Positions 1 through 12,628 of a stretch of DNA of 64,000 nucleotides are shown here, piece after piece. The DNA comes from Macrostomum lignano. Its lineage: Eukaryota. Positions within the stretch are counted from its first letter, which is position 1; every line of letters starts with the position of its first letter. The translations under genes and the position numbers were made by a program. The notes below the pieces were generated by a model that was not told the origin of the DNA, did no database searches, and worked only from the letters and a program-made list of their open reading frames with translations. Location of the stretch: the NCBI GenBank assembly GCA_002269645.1, contig NIVC01003093.1, forward strand, positions 1-64,000, given 5' to 3'.

Positions 1-2302
1 GCTGGCTTGGATCGACATCGGCGACAACAACGCGCGGCGTCCGGCTGAGCAGGGCGCACGAGGTTGCCGCTATGCGAAATCGTCTTTGAGTAGCGGCCGC
101 CTGAGCAGCTTGAACTCGGAGTAGCGGCTGGGCGTCGATGGACAGCGATGCCTTCGGCTGAAGCACCTGCGCGAATTCTTCCCAGCTGTCTCCCTTATCG
201 AGGCTTCCGTCTCTCGAGTCCCAAACGCCAACCTCAAGCCGGTAGTAGAGCACCGGCACCGGGGTGCTCATCGGCGGTTGCCAAGCGATACACAGAACGC
301 CGGCACTGACGACATCGAAGCTGGCTGGCACAGGCGGACCGGCCGAGGCCCCAAGCTGCGCTGGATTGGCGGGAACCAGGGCCGTCCAGAGCGATCCCGG
401 GCAGCGGCCGTCGGCCAGCTCAGGCGAATAGCCAGCCGTTCGGCCGGCTGTCGTCTCTGGCCGGACTCGCATCTCCAGTGCCGAACTGCCAACCGATTTT
501 GACGTTAGCGACAGCTCGTAGGCCGTGTCGGCTAGCAGCTTGGTCACCGTGGCCTCGGTGGCCGTTGGCGGGTCTGCCAGCAGCCTATTCCTGGTCTTGT
601 CGCCCAGGCGCCGGTACCAGACGGTGTAGTGCACCGCGCGACCCGCGTCATAAGCCGGCTGCCACGTCAGGTGCAGGGAGAAGGGCGTCACGCTGACGAC
701 TGTCAGGTTGGCTGGCGGGTGCGGAGAGGTGAGCTCCACCAGTAGACGCGCTGAAGCAGCCAATGGCAACACGGGGTTCTCCAGAGCGCAGGTGTAGGTC
801 CCCTCAAGGTCGGGTTGGACGTCCCGAACGGACAGCTCCTGGTCCAGCGGGTCGTATGCGAGTCTCCTGTCCCGGTAGTCAAGGCGCCGACCGTTGCGCA
901 GCCAGACAAGGCCGGTGGGGACATTCGAAGGTGCCCAGAATGCGCAGGGCATTCGCACCGACTCTCCCAGAGCCAGTTGGTACAGCGCCAACGGTCGGGC
1001 GATGAACCGAGGCGACTGCACTGTCTGAACAGTAAACTCGGGCGTCCAGGAGCTCCAGGTGTTGAAACTGCTGGCAGTTTGAAGCGCGCGACAGCGGTAC
1101 CTGCCGGAGTGCGACGGTGTGACCAGGTTTAACCGGTAGCGCCTGCCCAGGTAGGCCGCTCCAATGGGCGAGCTGTTGCGAATCCAGTCTGTGGTATCAA
1201 CTGGCGGATTAGCGAACACGGGACAGGTGAGCGAGCCGGCTGGCCGAGCGGCAGGAACTGGTCTCGACTAGAATTCGGCAATAAAGTCGGCGGATGCAGC
1301 ACAGTGACGGCGCTGGGCCGGCTTGTCAAGTGCAGCTCCGATCCAACCATGACTTGGCACCGGTAGGTTCGGAGTGACTGTGGTCCAGTGCGGGGAAAAT
1401 CAAAGAGCTGTTCTGGTGGCCTACGGCGACGGACGCATCGGGCGATGAGAGAAGCGACGTCCAGAGTTTGAGCTTCGAACCCGGCTGGGCTCGCTGCCAA
1501 TCGACTCTAGCGCGCAGGCCTGGGTCAGCGTGGAAGCCGCACGGCAGTTCCAGTCGGCGCCTTCGAGTGCCGTTGTTTGACTCGGCGGCGGCCGGTGAAT
1601 GAAGGCGGCGCCGGCGCCGACCAGAACTGTGAAGTCGAGTTCGCTCACTCCGTAAGGGTTTTCTATGCGACAGGCGTACCTGCCAGAATCGTTGACGTTG
1701 AGGTTGTACACCTGCAACTGTTCCGGCAAGTGCCGGTCGATGCGAACCCGGCCTCGGTTGGCCAGGGGACACTCGTTGACCAGCCAGGAGACAGTCGGCT
1801 GGGGCCGGCCGCGGAACTTCGGGCACCGAAGTACAACGTATTCGCCAGCCTGTCTGTGAAGAGTCCTGGTCAGTACAGCCGATTCATTCGCCTCGAACTT
1901 CGGCAGCAGCCAAAGTTGAAGATGAAATTCCTGGACGCTGTTGTCACCATTCTCAAGCTCAACACGGCATAAGTACAGGCCGTCGTCCCTCTCCCGGAGA
2001 TGAGTCAGGTTGAACCGATGCATCCGTGATGACGGAGACTGGACTGTCAGCCGGTGGAAGTAGCCGCTGCCAAGGCTGGCCGGGAAATTGCCGTGCCGCT
2101 CGAACGCGAGCTTGTTTGACTTGGTGAGGCTGAGCTGCTTCACTGCTGAGGCGTCTGAACGTGGCGTTCCTGTTGACGATGGAATCCGGCAGTCTAGCAG
2201 GACGCTGCCGCCCTCCACCGCGCGCAGCTCGGCGGAGTCGCCCTCGAGACAGCGCAGGGCGAGCAGCACCGCCACCAGCAGGGCCAAGAGTTTGCAGGCC
2301 AT
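1..2302 (-). CDS. Turtle/IGSF9-like Ig-superfamily cell-surface protein (signal peptide, 5 Ig, 2 FN3); intronless here, continues past position 1, three apparent -1 frameshifts
   Basis: Signal peptide MACKLLALLVAVLLAL. Ig1 GGSVLLDC..DDGLYLC; Ig2 VVLRC..W..DSGRYAC; Ig3 RLELPC..VDW..TYRC; Ig4 LTCPVFANPP..SGRYRC; Ig5 VRMPC..LVW..EGTYTC. FN3 PPANLTVVSVTPFSLHLTWQPAYDAGRAVHYTVWY and a second FN3 LCIAWQPP..YYRLEV. Reading restored by one extra base at ~1556, ~1370 and ~1231; hand translation is then open to position 1. 5Ig+2FN3 and the W-x-P-A-Y-D-x-G motif fit Turtle/IGSF9, but NCAM-type architecture is not excluded. Confidence 0.8.
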
Positions 2303-3719
2303 GCAGATGATTAGGCCTCTATTGCTTCTTTACAGTCTTGAGCAGACATTTCTCAGCCACTGATGCCCAGGCTTTGGCTTCCTTTTCTTTGCAGGTGTAG
2401 AACTAATTTAGCTAATTTAATTAACGCAAAAAAATTTGCTGCGCAGTTTGCATTAGAAATTGTCCGAAATTTGGGCTCCCTGTGCAAAGATTTTCACAGC
2501 CAGGAGAGGACTCATTGTTCACTTAAGCTCCACTGGTTCCTCGCCTGAGGAAGTCTGGCTGTTGCGGCTAGGTATGCGAGAGGCGAGAGTGATCTCTCAG
2601 CTCCTGGTCCTGATTATCTTCACTTTGCTGTTGAATTGTGTTCAAGACCTGCTTTTTTATCCTCTTCACTTCTCTGCAGAAGAAAACAACTTGCTTGGCT
2701 TCCACAGTGATTGCCTAATGCAAGCTGCGACCGACTGCCACCTTGCCCACCCTGCCGCCCGAGGCCACATGGGGTTCGTTCAGCAAGGGGGGCTGCCCGC
2801 GACCACCCAGTTAGTGAGGTCTTGGTTGGCTGCTGGCTGATTGAACAGTAGGCCAGACGGCCTTCCCTGGGCCGTCTCTCCTATCGTTCTGTCTCTCTCT
2901 CTCTCTGCGGCTCTCACTCACTCTGCGCCGTTCCCGTGCAGTGAGTCACACAGTCGGAGCCGCTCCGCTCACGCGCGCGTAGCCCCCTTCTCTTCCCGCC
3001 TTCCTATCTCGGCCCCTACAAGACCTGCGTAAGTTAAGTCGTCCTTTGTCTGTGTTGTGTATCTCGTGAGCACGTTCATTAGCAGACACAGACAGCTATG
3101 AGCGGTCTGGGCGCGTTATTGGAGGATCTTACAGACAGAAAAAGAAGGAAGTGAGGTCTAGGACTCTAGACTGTAGAACACCCCAGCACCCAGGACCCAT
3201 GGACGAGAGAATGTAGAAAGCGATGAAGACGATTTTTTTCAACTCTGCCCAGCTCCAGTCTTCTCTGCCTCCAGTGAGTACAGTTGGAGAAAGGCGGGTT
3301 GGGTGAGGGCGGAGGGCGAGCAGAGCAGATGGGGTATTCGGAGAGTGGGTGTGGGTCGCGATATTGCGTAACCGAGCAGCTGCCAGATAGGCCGGGTCGC
3401 TACGGGCTGCGAGACCCGCGAACCCTATGCCAACAGTACCTACCATATTTGCAATGCATTCGAAACCCTGAACGAAAATGGATCGAGATGGCTGTCTATT
3501 CTCTGCCCTTGACATTTCCAGAGAAACTGTACAGCCAATATTGACTGCCGTGGGGAGGGAGAGGCAGAGAGGCTGTGTTGACAGTGACAGATGAGGCTCG
3601 ACGAACGAAAAAAATGAATTTCAGGCTGCGCAGCCTGACGTCGACGCGGGTGACGCAAACCTTGAATGCGGATTTCTGTGCACCCTAGTGAAAACTGCTT
3701 TAGCAAAGTTTGTCAGTAG

Positions 3720-5060
3720 CTGATTTCAGTCCGCCCAAAATGAGTGTCTGTCTGCGGCGCCAAAATGAGTGTCTGCATGTATATGGCGCCAAAATGAGTG
3801 TCTGTATATGGCGCCAAAATGAGGTCTGTATATGGCGCCAAAATGAGGTCTGTATATGGCGCCAAAATGAGTGTCTGTCTGCGGCGCCAAACTGAGTGTC
3901 AGTGGCGCCAAAATGAGTGTCAGTGGCGCCAAAAAGAGTTCCTGTAGCGCCAAAATGAGTTACTGTGGCGCCAAAATGAGTTCCTGTGGCGCCAAAATGA
4001 GTTCCTGTGGCGCAAAAATGAGTTCCTGTAGCGCCAAAATGAGTTACTGTGGCGCCAAAATGAGTTCCTGCGGCGCCAAAATGAGTTACTGTGGCGCCAA
4101 AATGAGTTCCTGTGGCGCCAAAATGAGTTCCTGTAGCGCCAAAATGAGTTACTGCGGCGCTAAAATGAGTTACTGTGGGGCCAAAATGAGTTCCTGCGGC
4201 GCCAAAATGAGTTCCTGTGGCGCCAAAATGAGTTCCTGTGGCGCCAAAATGAGTTCCTGTAGCGCCAAAATGAGTTACTGCGGCGCTAAAATGAGTTCAG
4301 GTGGCACCAAAATGAGTTTCTGTTGCGCCAAAATGAGTTCCTGCAGCGCCAAAATGAGTTACTGTGGCGCCTAAATGAGTTTTTGTGGCGCCAAAATGAG
4401 TTCAGGTGGCGCCAAAACGGGTTCCTGTGGCGCCAAAATGAGTTCCTGCGACGCCAAAATGGGTTCTTGTGGCGCCAAAATGAGTTCAGGTGGCGCCAAA
4501 ATAAGTTCCTGTAGCGCCAAAATGAGTTACTGTGGCGCCAAAATGAGTTTTTGTGGCGCCAAAATGAGTTTTTGTGGCACCAAAATGAGTTCCTGTGGCG
4601 CTAAAATGAGTTCCTGCGACGCCAGAATGAGTTTTTGTGGCGCCAAAATGAGTTCAGGTGGCGCCAAAACGAGTTCCTGTGGCACCAAAATGTGTTCAGG
4701 TGGCGCCAAAATGAGTTTCTGTGGCGCCAAAATAAGTTCCTGTAGCGCCAAAATGAGTTACTGTGGCGCCAAAATGAGTTTTTGTGGCGCCAAAATGAGT
4801 TTTTGTGGCACCAAAATGAGTTCCTGTGGCGCTAAAATGAGTTCTTGCGACGCCAAAATGAGTTTTTGTGGCGCCAAAATGAGTTCAGGTGGCGCCAAAA
4901 TGAGTTTCTGTGGCGCCAAAATGAGTTTCTGTGGCGCCAAAATAAGTTCCTGTGGCGCCAAAATGAGTTCCTGTGGCGCCAAAATGAGTTCCTGTGGCGC
5001 CAAAATGAGTTCCTGCGGCGCCAAAATGAGTTCCTGTGGCACCAAAATGAGTTCTAACAG
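3720..5060. repeat. 21-bp minisatellite (GGCGCCAAAATGAGTTCCTGT)n, about 60 copies
   Basis: Direct reading of the tandem units; source of the spurious GAKMSSC ORFs. Confidence 0.97.
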
Positions 5061-5804
5061 CACTGATTCCCCAGATAATGTAGGAATTTAGTCATGTAGA
5101 ATTCTCGGCTTTGTTCTCCCTCCACCATAAAATCCATGACGACGTCCCTGACAGCTATGGATGCATATAGAGAGAAGACCCGGGATAAACTGTTGTGTGA
5201 ATTTATTGGGCATGAATTATGAAATCAGGAATGGTACAAGATTTAATGCAGGATTTGGTGATGAGTCAGACTGAGAGAAGGCATCGTGAGAGGCAGGGAA
5301 ACTCCTGGAGCAGAGATATGACAGCCAAGCACTTGAACGAGGGGCTGCATTTCCTGCAGCGAGATCCAGCTAGCGATGACAGTTGCATTATGTTAGCCAG
5401 TCTGGTGCTTCATTCAGTTCAATAATAGCTATAGGCTGCCTCTGCCATTGCTTAGACTGACATGTCGTTGTCAAACACGAAAATGGGTTGCGTTTTTTGT
5501 GCCTGGGCAGGCAGTTCTGGCATGCGGTGGGTTGCGTAATTCTGAAGCAGTTAGTGGCTCTGCCAATTTTAAGTGAACTGGAAGAGGGACAGTGCAATTA
5601 TTCTGCATGACTACTTTGCAAACAATTGTGGATTAACCATGTGCAGTATGGACGTGTTAACTTGGAGACTCACTCAGGCAGCTCCCACTGGCATTGAAAA
5701 GAGTTTATTGCCTGACGGCAATAGGCCAGACATCCAGGGGGAGGTCGAATGGGGGTCAGATGTCCTCCTAGTAAAAATGGGGGGTCATCTTCTGAGGAGT
5801 CATG

Positions 5805-6625
5805 TTGGCGCTAAAATCTCTTCTGAGGAACTAGGCTGGCGCTAAAATCTCTTCTGAGGAGCTAGGCTGGCGCTAAAATCTCTTCTGAGGAGTCATGTTG
5901 GCGCTAAAATCTTTTCTGGGGAGCTAGGCTGTCGCTAAAATCTCTTCTGAGGAGCTAGGCTGTCGCTAAAATCTCTTCTGGGGAGCTAGGCTGTCGCTAA
6001 AATCTCTTCTGAGGAGCTAGGCTGTCGCTAAAATCTCTTCTGAGGAACTAGGCTGGCGCTAAAACCCCTTCTGAGGAGTTAGGCCGGCGCTAAAATCTTT
6101 TCTGGGGAGCTAGGCTGTCGCTAAAATCTCTTCTGAGGAGCTAGGCTGTCGCTAAAATCTCTTCTGAGGAACTAGGCTGGCGCTAAAACCCCTTCTGAGG
6201 AGTTAGGCCGGCGCTAAAATCTTTTCTGGGGAGCTAGGCTGTCGCTAAAATCTCTTCTGAGGAGCTAGGCTGTCGCTAAAATCTCTTCTGAGGAACTAGG
6301 CTGGCGCTAAAACCCCTTCTGAGGAGTTAGGCCGGCGCTAAAATCTCTTCTGAGGAGCTAGGTTGGCGCTAAAATCTCCTCTGAGGAGCTATAGGTTGGC
6401 GCTATTATCTTTCCTCTAGAGCTAAATTGGCGCTATACAATCTCCCCTCTAGAGCTAAATTGGCGCTATACAATCTCCACTCTAGAGCTAAATTGGCGCT
6501 ATACAATCTCCCCTCTAGAGCTAAATTGGCGCTACAATCTCTCCTCTAGAGCTAAATTGGCGCTACAATCTCTCTTCTAGAGCTAAATTGACGCTACAAT
6601 CTCTCTTCTAGAGCTGATTTGGAGC
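5805..6625. repeat. ~30-bp (GGCGCTAAAATCTCTTCTGAGGAGCTAGGCT) array grading into a ~33-35-bp (GGCGCTATACAATCTCCCCTCTAGAGCTAAATT) array
   Basis: Tandem units read directly; share the GGCGCYAAAAT core with the 3720-5060 array. Confidence 0.93.
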
Positions 6626-7269
6626 TGAAATTGTCCAGGCCAGTCGCACTATCGGCGCCCACAGGCCAAAACCGCACCCGATGCTACCCGCAATCAATTC
6701 GCATGCAAGTTGGCGGAGACTGGCCTTGTATTTGGCCCGCTACATGCCTGCAGTCGCAGTGGAGTGAGTCACGCCCCAAGGGCTTATAATCCGCACTGTT
6801 ACCTTCTGTGGCGATTAACATTATGCCTACTAATGCTGTTAAAAGAAACAGACAAATTATACTTAGTCATCCTGGTAGCTGCAGTGTCGCCTCGGGGATT
6901 GAGGCGCCGTCACTCCATACCATTGTCATTCGTGCGCGTGGCACAGGTGCCTTGCATGCTTAATTAAATGTTTTGACAGAAAAAGCAACGCAAGAGAAAA
7001 ATTGGTTTGCCTGACAACAATTTTGGTCCGATAAAATTGTAAATTAAACATTCATAAAGCAATGTTAAATATTTTATACTTTAGTTTAATTTTTTGACTG
7101 TCTGTATTTACAGAAATAGCAGTTGCAAATTTATCTGTCAATCAACATGAGTGAAAGTCTTCCAGTTTCCGTTTCAATTGGCGGTCAGAAAACTCTCTGC
7201 GCGGCCCCTGGGTTCTTTGAAACTTCACAATAGCTCAAGGTCTGTTCAGGGTCTGTGTCTTCTCGGTTC

Positions 7270-8420
7270 TCTTCTCTCCACTCAATTCCTCTCCTCTCAT
7301 CGTCTCTCTCATCTCTTCCCTCCTCTCATCGTCTCTCTCATCTCTCCCCTCCTCTCATCTTCTCTTCTCATCTCTTCCCTCCTCTCATCTTCTCTGTCAT
7401 CTCTTCCCTCCTCTTATCTTCTCCGTCATCTCTTCCCTCCTCTCATTTTCTCTTTCATCTCTTCCCTGCTCTCATCTTCTCCGTCATCTCTTCCCTCCTC
7501 TCATCTTCTCCGTCATCTCTTGCCTCCTCTCATCTTCACTTCTCATCTCTTCCCTCCTCTCATCTTCTCTTCTCATCTCTACCCTCCTCTAATATTCTCT
7601 GTCATCTCTTCCCTCCTCTCATCTTCTCTTCTCATCTCTTCCCTCCTCTCATCTTCACTTCTCATCTCTTCCCTCCTCTCATCTTCACTTCTCATCTCTT
7701 CCCTCCTCTCATCTTCACTTCTCATCTCTTCCCTCCTCTCATCTTCACTTCTCATCTCTTCCCTCCTCTCATCTTCACTTCTCATCTCTTCCCTCCTCTC
7801 ATCTTCTCTGTCATCTCTTCCCTCCTCTCATCTTCTTTGTCATCTCTTCCCTCCTCTCAGCTTCTCTGTCATCTCTTCCCTCCTCTCATCTTCTCCGTCA
7901 TCTCTTCCCTCCTCTAATCTTCTCTGTCATCTCTTCCCTCCTCTCATCTTCACTTCTCATCTCTACCCTCCTCTAATCTTCTCTGTCATCTCTTCCCTCC
8001 TCTCATCTTCTCTTCTCATCTCTTCCCTCCTCTCATCTTCTCTTCTCATCTCTTCCCTCCTCTCATCTTCACTTCTCATCTCTTCCCTCCTCTCATCTTC
8101 ACTTCTCATCTCTTCCCTCCTCTCATCTTCACTTCTCATCTCTTCCCTCCTCTCATCTTCTCTGTCATCTCTTCCCTCCTCTCATCTTCTCTGTCATCTC
8201 TTCCCTCCTCTCATCTTCTTTGTCATCTCTTCCCTCCTCTCATCTTCTCTGTCATCTCTTCCCTCCTCTCATCTTCTCTGTCATCTCTTCCCTCCTCTCA
8301 TCTTCTCTTCTCATCTCTCCCCTCCTCTCATCTTCTCCGTCATCTCTTCTCTCTTTTCATCTCTAATCTCATCTCACATCTCTCTTCTCTCTTACACCCT
8401 CTCTCATTTCTTCTCTCATC
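7270..8420. repeat. Polypyrimidine minisatellite (~30-bp CTCATCTCTTCCCTCCTCTCATCTTC.. units)
   Basis: Tandem CT-rich units; source of the S/L-rich ORFs. Confidence 0.95.
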
Positions 8421-10776
8421 CTAGATTATTTAATATAGGATTTTAATAATCTAATAATCTAATAATCTAAATGTAGAATAATATTTAGATTATTATAAGC
8501 TAGATTATTTAATCTGGACCGTGAGGTAAATAAAGTGTGCAAACCCCTGGTTTAAAAATGGAAAATTCCCTTCACAGCTGGGAATCGCAGACCAGAACTG
8601 CTGGTAAGTGATATTCTGCAAGGCCGTTGCACATTCCGACAACAAATTGGAGGTGCAGTTTGCCTATTCTAATCTTGTCTCTGCGCAGGGACGCGTGTAA
8701 ATATGAATGATTGCGTAATCAAAGCAAGTTGTTGCACCAAATATAAGGCTTTATTATACCTAGAGCTATATAGATATATTGTTATAAGTTTTGCTTGATC
8801 TCTGCGGGTGCTTCACGATCAACGTGGAACACAGACAGATAGATAAGCAGGATTTTATCGCTGGGCTGATCAAAACTCCAAACACTGCACCGACACTACT
8901 AAAAAGCTGCCACTCGTGTCTGTTTAACTATAATTCTTGCTATCTTGAGTATTATCTTTTGATTCCATCATATTTACTGCCTATAAAAGGATATATTATA
9001 GAATATAGCTTTTAGTTTATAGGACATGCAGTTCATTACAATTTATGTACGCTCGTACGTGCGTGTTCCAGTTCGATATAATGTCATTCAACTGCCCCCC
9101 GCGCTGTTTTCCCTGTAACATAGCTCATGCAAGAGTGTACATGAAAATGTAACTGTACACATAAATGTAACAATGAATATAACATACAGCATCCAGCGCA
9201 CTCACGAGTGATCCGATCGAAACACACGTACGCTTCGACTCTCGGGGGGGTGATAAGTCTCAATCTCAGAATTACATGTAGATTAGACATTTGATAGCTA
9301 GAGTTGATGATAGATTGAGCCGATAGTGTCAGTGTAAGCTCATGTGAGCACACCACATGTGGGTAGAGATAGCTAGAATAATTGATTAATTAGTATAATT
9401 AATAAGAACCGCACATATTAGCCCATTCATTTCCATCAACATTAGGCCCTATACATGTACCTGCAATAAAAAAGCCCATGATCATTTCTAGAACCATTTA
9501 ATTCTAATTAAAGAGGTCTTGTCCAGATTCCACAAGTCGAAGCCCTGGCCTGCAGCCTCGCCCTTGTAACTGGCCTAGCACTGCGCAGCAATTAGTCTCT
9601 CGATCGACTAGAATTCATGATCGAAGGACCGCGACCTATGGCTACGCGTTGTACGGAATTCATTCATTTGTTGAAAATGTGCATGATGAAGATGAAAATG
9701 TGGCGGTCGGCTCTGCCCTTATATTTTTATGACACTAGTCTCCGTATATTGCGCCGTCCTGGCCCCTCCCCTGAGACCCCCAAGGTCCCTGATCCTAATG
9801 CCCTCGCTGAGAGGTCCATCTATTCTGCACTAAGTCTAAGTTTCATTAATTCCACAGTAAGCCGCCCCATCTGCCTATTCAGCTTTGAAGTGACTAAAGA
9901 GAGCCGTGGGCTAAAAAAGGAGAAAGCAGTAATTTTAATTGTGCAAATTTCCGCTTTCCTGGAGGTTACGGTTTCTGTTCCTGCACCAAACATCTCTATT
10001 GGAACTGATCGAAAACCAAAGCAAGCTTTATGCAAGAAGGGTAATGCCAACTGTTCCGAGTTAGAAATTGCTAGCAATCTTTTCAGCAATTCCGCAGTGG
10101 TAACTGGTAGCAGCGTCTACTTAAAGTAAAAGCAATAGAATTTTGAGATTGAAATTCCTAAATTCGGCAATTGCGGCGCAAGATTATCAAATCCGTTGGA
10201 AAGATAACCGTAAATCTTCCACTTTTTGAGTATTTGAGATAAATTAAACCGCTTTGCAACAGCCACAGCTATTTTCCACCGAGACTTGAGGAACAAAGCA
10301 GTTGGAGTCACCTTAATCATTACCTGTTTGTTTTAATCAACGTTAAATATTTCAAAAGTTCGCCGCATAAAGTACTGTTGAAGGCTTAATATTCACTTGT
10401 GTTCCTTAATTGTGACCTAAATTATTCTTCTCCACCATTCAGGTATAGTACTTAAGCTTATTGAATTAATAAATCTAACAGTGTCTGTATTACGAGTAAA
10501 AGCCCTAGCAGTCTAAGGTTTATTAGAGACAGAACAAAAAGGAAAACAGTAAATGGGGTAATAGGTGCAATTGGCCATGAGGCTAGGCTATTCTATTGTG
10601 GCTTAGCAATCAATGTTAGGCCCCTTCCCCTATCATTGACATTGCTAGGACTAGGCCTATTCAAGAAAAAAGTATAGTTGCCATTGCCATAGGAATTATT
10701 ATAAAGTTTCACAGACAAAAAAACTGTTTTGAATAAAAATTGATAGGCCTAGGTGGCCCTAGCCTAGGCCTATATA

Positions 10777-11355
10777 CCATAGTTCGGAACACCCTGAATG
10801 TACGCCGGACTAAAATCTCTCACAATTTTTTTGGTATGTCAGTGTACGTCAAAGTTTGAGTGCACGCCCACTCTCAAATCTACCCCGGTGTTGCGACAAT
10901 AAATGACCTTTTTTACGTTGCGACAATGTTTCTTCTTCTCCTTAATTGCGTAAAGTAACCCTTTTGAGCTAATAATATAATTGATACTTCTGCTTTTAAG
11001 CTGATATTATTTATAGGGAAAACTTAATACACGCAAAGATTTGTTTAAAGTTTTTATTACGAGCTCTCAAAACCCGGAAGCCTTGAAATTTACGCTTAAA
11101 AATGAACTTGTTTTATGTTTTTTGTACCTTTCACGAACTCTTGCGTGATTCTATTTACTGCATGCGCACTATTTTCTTAGACTATTCGATTTGATTCCGC
11201 AACTGCAGGAACATGTACGCCACTTTTTGAATAGGGCCTAAGCATTTTCATACGCCAGATAAGTACGCCAGATTTCAAAAAGTCAAAAATTGTACGCCAA
11301 GTGTACGCCAAAAGTCGTGAGTGTACGCCGGATTAATCCCTCTTCCGGACTATGG
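10777..11355. mobile_element. Non-autonomous TIR element (MITE), 579 bp
   Basis: Ends CCATAGTTCGGAA ... TTCCGGACTATGG, multiple subterminal GTACGCC repeats at both ends, no ORF; TSD unclear. Confidence 0.75.
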
Positions 11356-12027
11356 CCTGCCTATAGGCTATATATTCATGCCAATAAGTATCATATTGAT
11401 ACTAAGTTCATGTCTCATGAAAGAATGGCTATCATTTTTTGCATCTTTGCCTTTGTTTTTTGATCTGGTTTTTGTGTCCAGAAAACTCATTTAGTTAGAC
11501 TAGATAGGGCTTATGGACATCATTTTTTTATTTTAGTAGGCCTAATTATAGTTGAACTTGGATTTATCCTATAGGCTATAGCTGGATCATGCTAGGTGCA
11601 TGCCCAAACAAATATCAAATAGGCCTATTTACAAATGCATGCCAAAAAATTAAGTGCATGCCCATTCTCAAAACTATGCTAGTGTTGTGATAATACTAAC
11701 AAATGACCTTTTGGCAATTGTCAAGTTTTGTTCATTAAATTTTTTTGACTTTAGATAAGTACTGTACAAACTATTTTAAGTACAAATAGCTAATCTTAAG
11801 AGACTTAAGCTTAATCAGACACTAATTTTATGCTTCAAAACTTGTTATAATATATCTGACACCGAAAAGCTACAATAGTCTATGGCCAAAATGTTAACAA
11901 GTGAACAACTCAAGTCTTAACAGAAACAAATAAAAAGGATTATTGTCTGAGGTGGGGTGGAGAAAAGGAATAAGAAAATAAAATTTCTTTTGAAATCAGT
12001 TAGTTGCCAAAACCAATAAGATAGGGA

Positions 12028-12628
12028 CCATAGTCCGGATCATGCTAGACTTACGCCAGAGGGAAAATCCAACATTTTTTGGCACTTACGCCAGACTTAG
12101 GCCAACCAAAAAAGGTCTCTGACAATTACTAAGCAAAGGACTAGAACTTAAAAAAGCTAGAGTTAGATGAATTGAAACAATAGACAAATAGAATAGATGA
12201 TTCACAATTAATCCATGATTAATTAAATTCAGAAGTTGCAACTGTTTAAAAATCTCACAAGTTGTAAATTCTGAATCAAGAATCAAAGTAAACATCTTAA
12301 AGCTAAAAAAACTTTTGCTATCCTACAATAGATATTCTGCTATTTCATTTATACGAACTGCAATGTTTTAATGAACTTTGTTTTAATGCTACTCTTTAAC
12401 ATCATAATTAACGCAAATGTGTAATGTTCTATAGTGATACATTTGATTGTGAATGATCTCATTTGTGCCAACATTTATGCCACTTGATTTATGCCATGTA
12501 CTTACGCCAAGCACTTATGCCAAGGCACATTTTGGCCTATACTTACGCCAAGCACTTACACCAGCCTCCGATCCCAACCAGATTTATGCCAGAGATCTCC
12601 GGCATAAACAACATGATCCGGACTATGG
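12028..12628. mobile_element. MITE with 17-bp TIRs and 8-bp TSD, inserted in the 3' LTR of the gypsy element
   Basis: Perfect TIR CCATAGTCCGGATCATG / CATGATCCGGACTATGG; flanks GATAGGGA (12020-12027) and GGTAGGGA (12629-12636); empty site visible in the sister LTR (~19165-19175); subterminal CTTACGCCA repeats. Confidence 0.9.

Noticed and set aside
1577-1972. Plus-strand ORFs antisense to the Ig, UPF3, lipase, SPATA6 and zinc-finger exons
   Set aside because: Shadow ORFs expected from GC-rich codon usage on the opposite strand.
5219-5845. Short ORFs between the GGCGC arrays (HLNEGLHFLQRD, vaguely kinase-like)
   Set aside because: Multiple stops, no additional kinase motifs, no splice support.
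9820-10089. EMFGAGTETVTS resembling a cytochrome P450 I-helix
   Set aside because: Isolated motif with no ExxR, PERF or heme-Cys context; likely chance. The overlapping 170-aa plus ORF is also unassignable.
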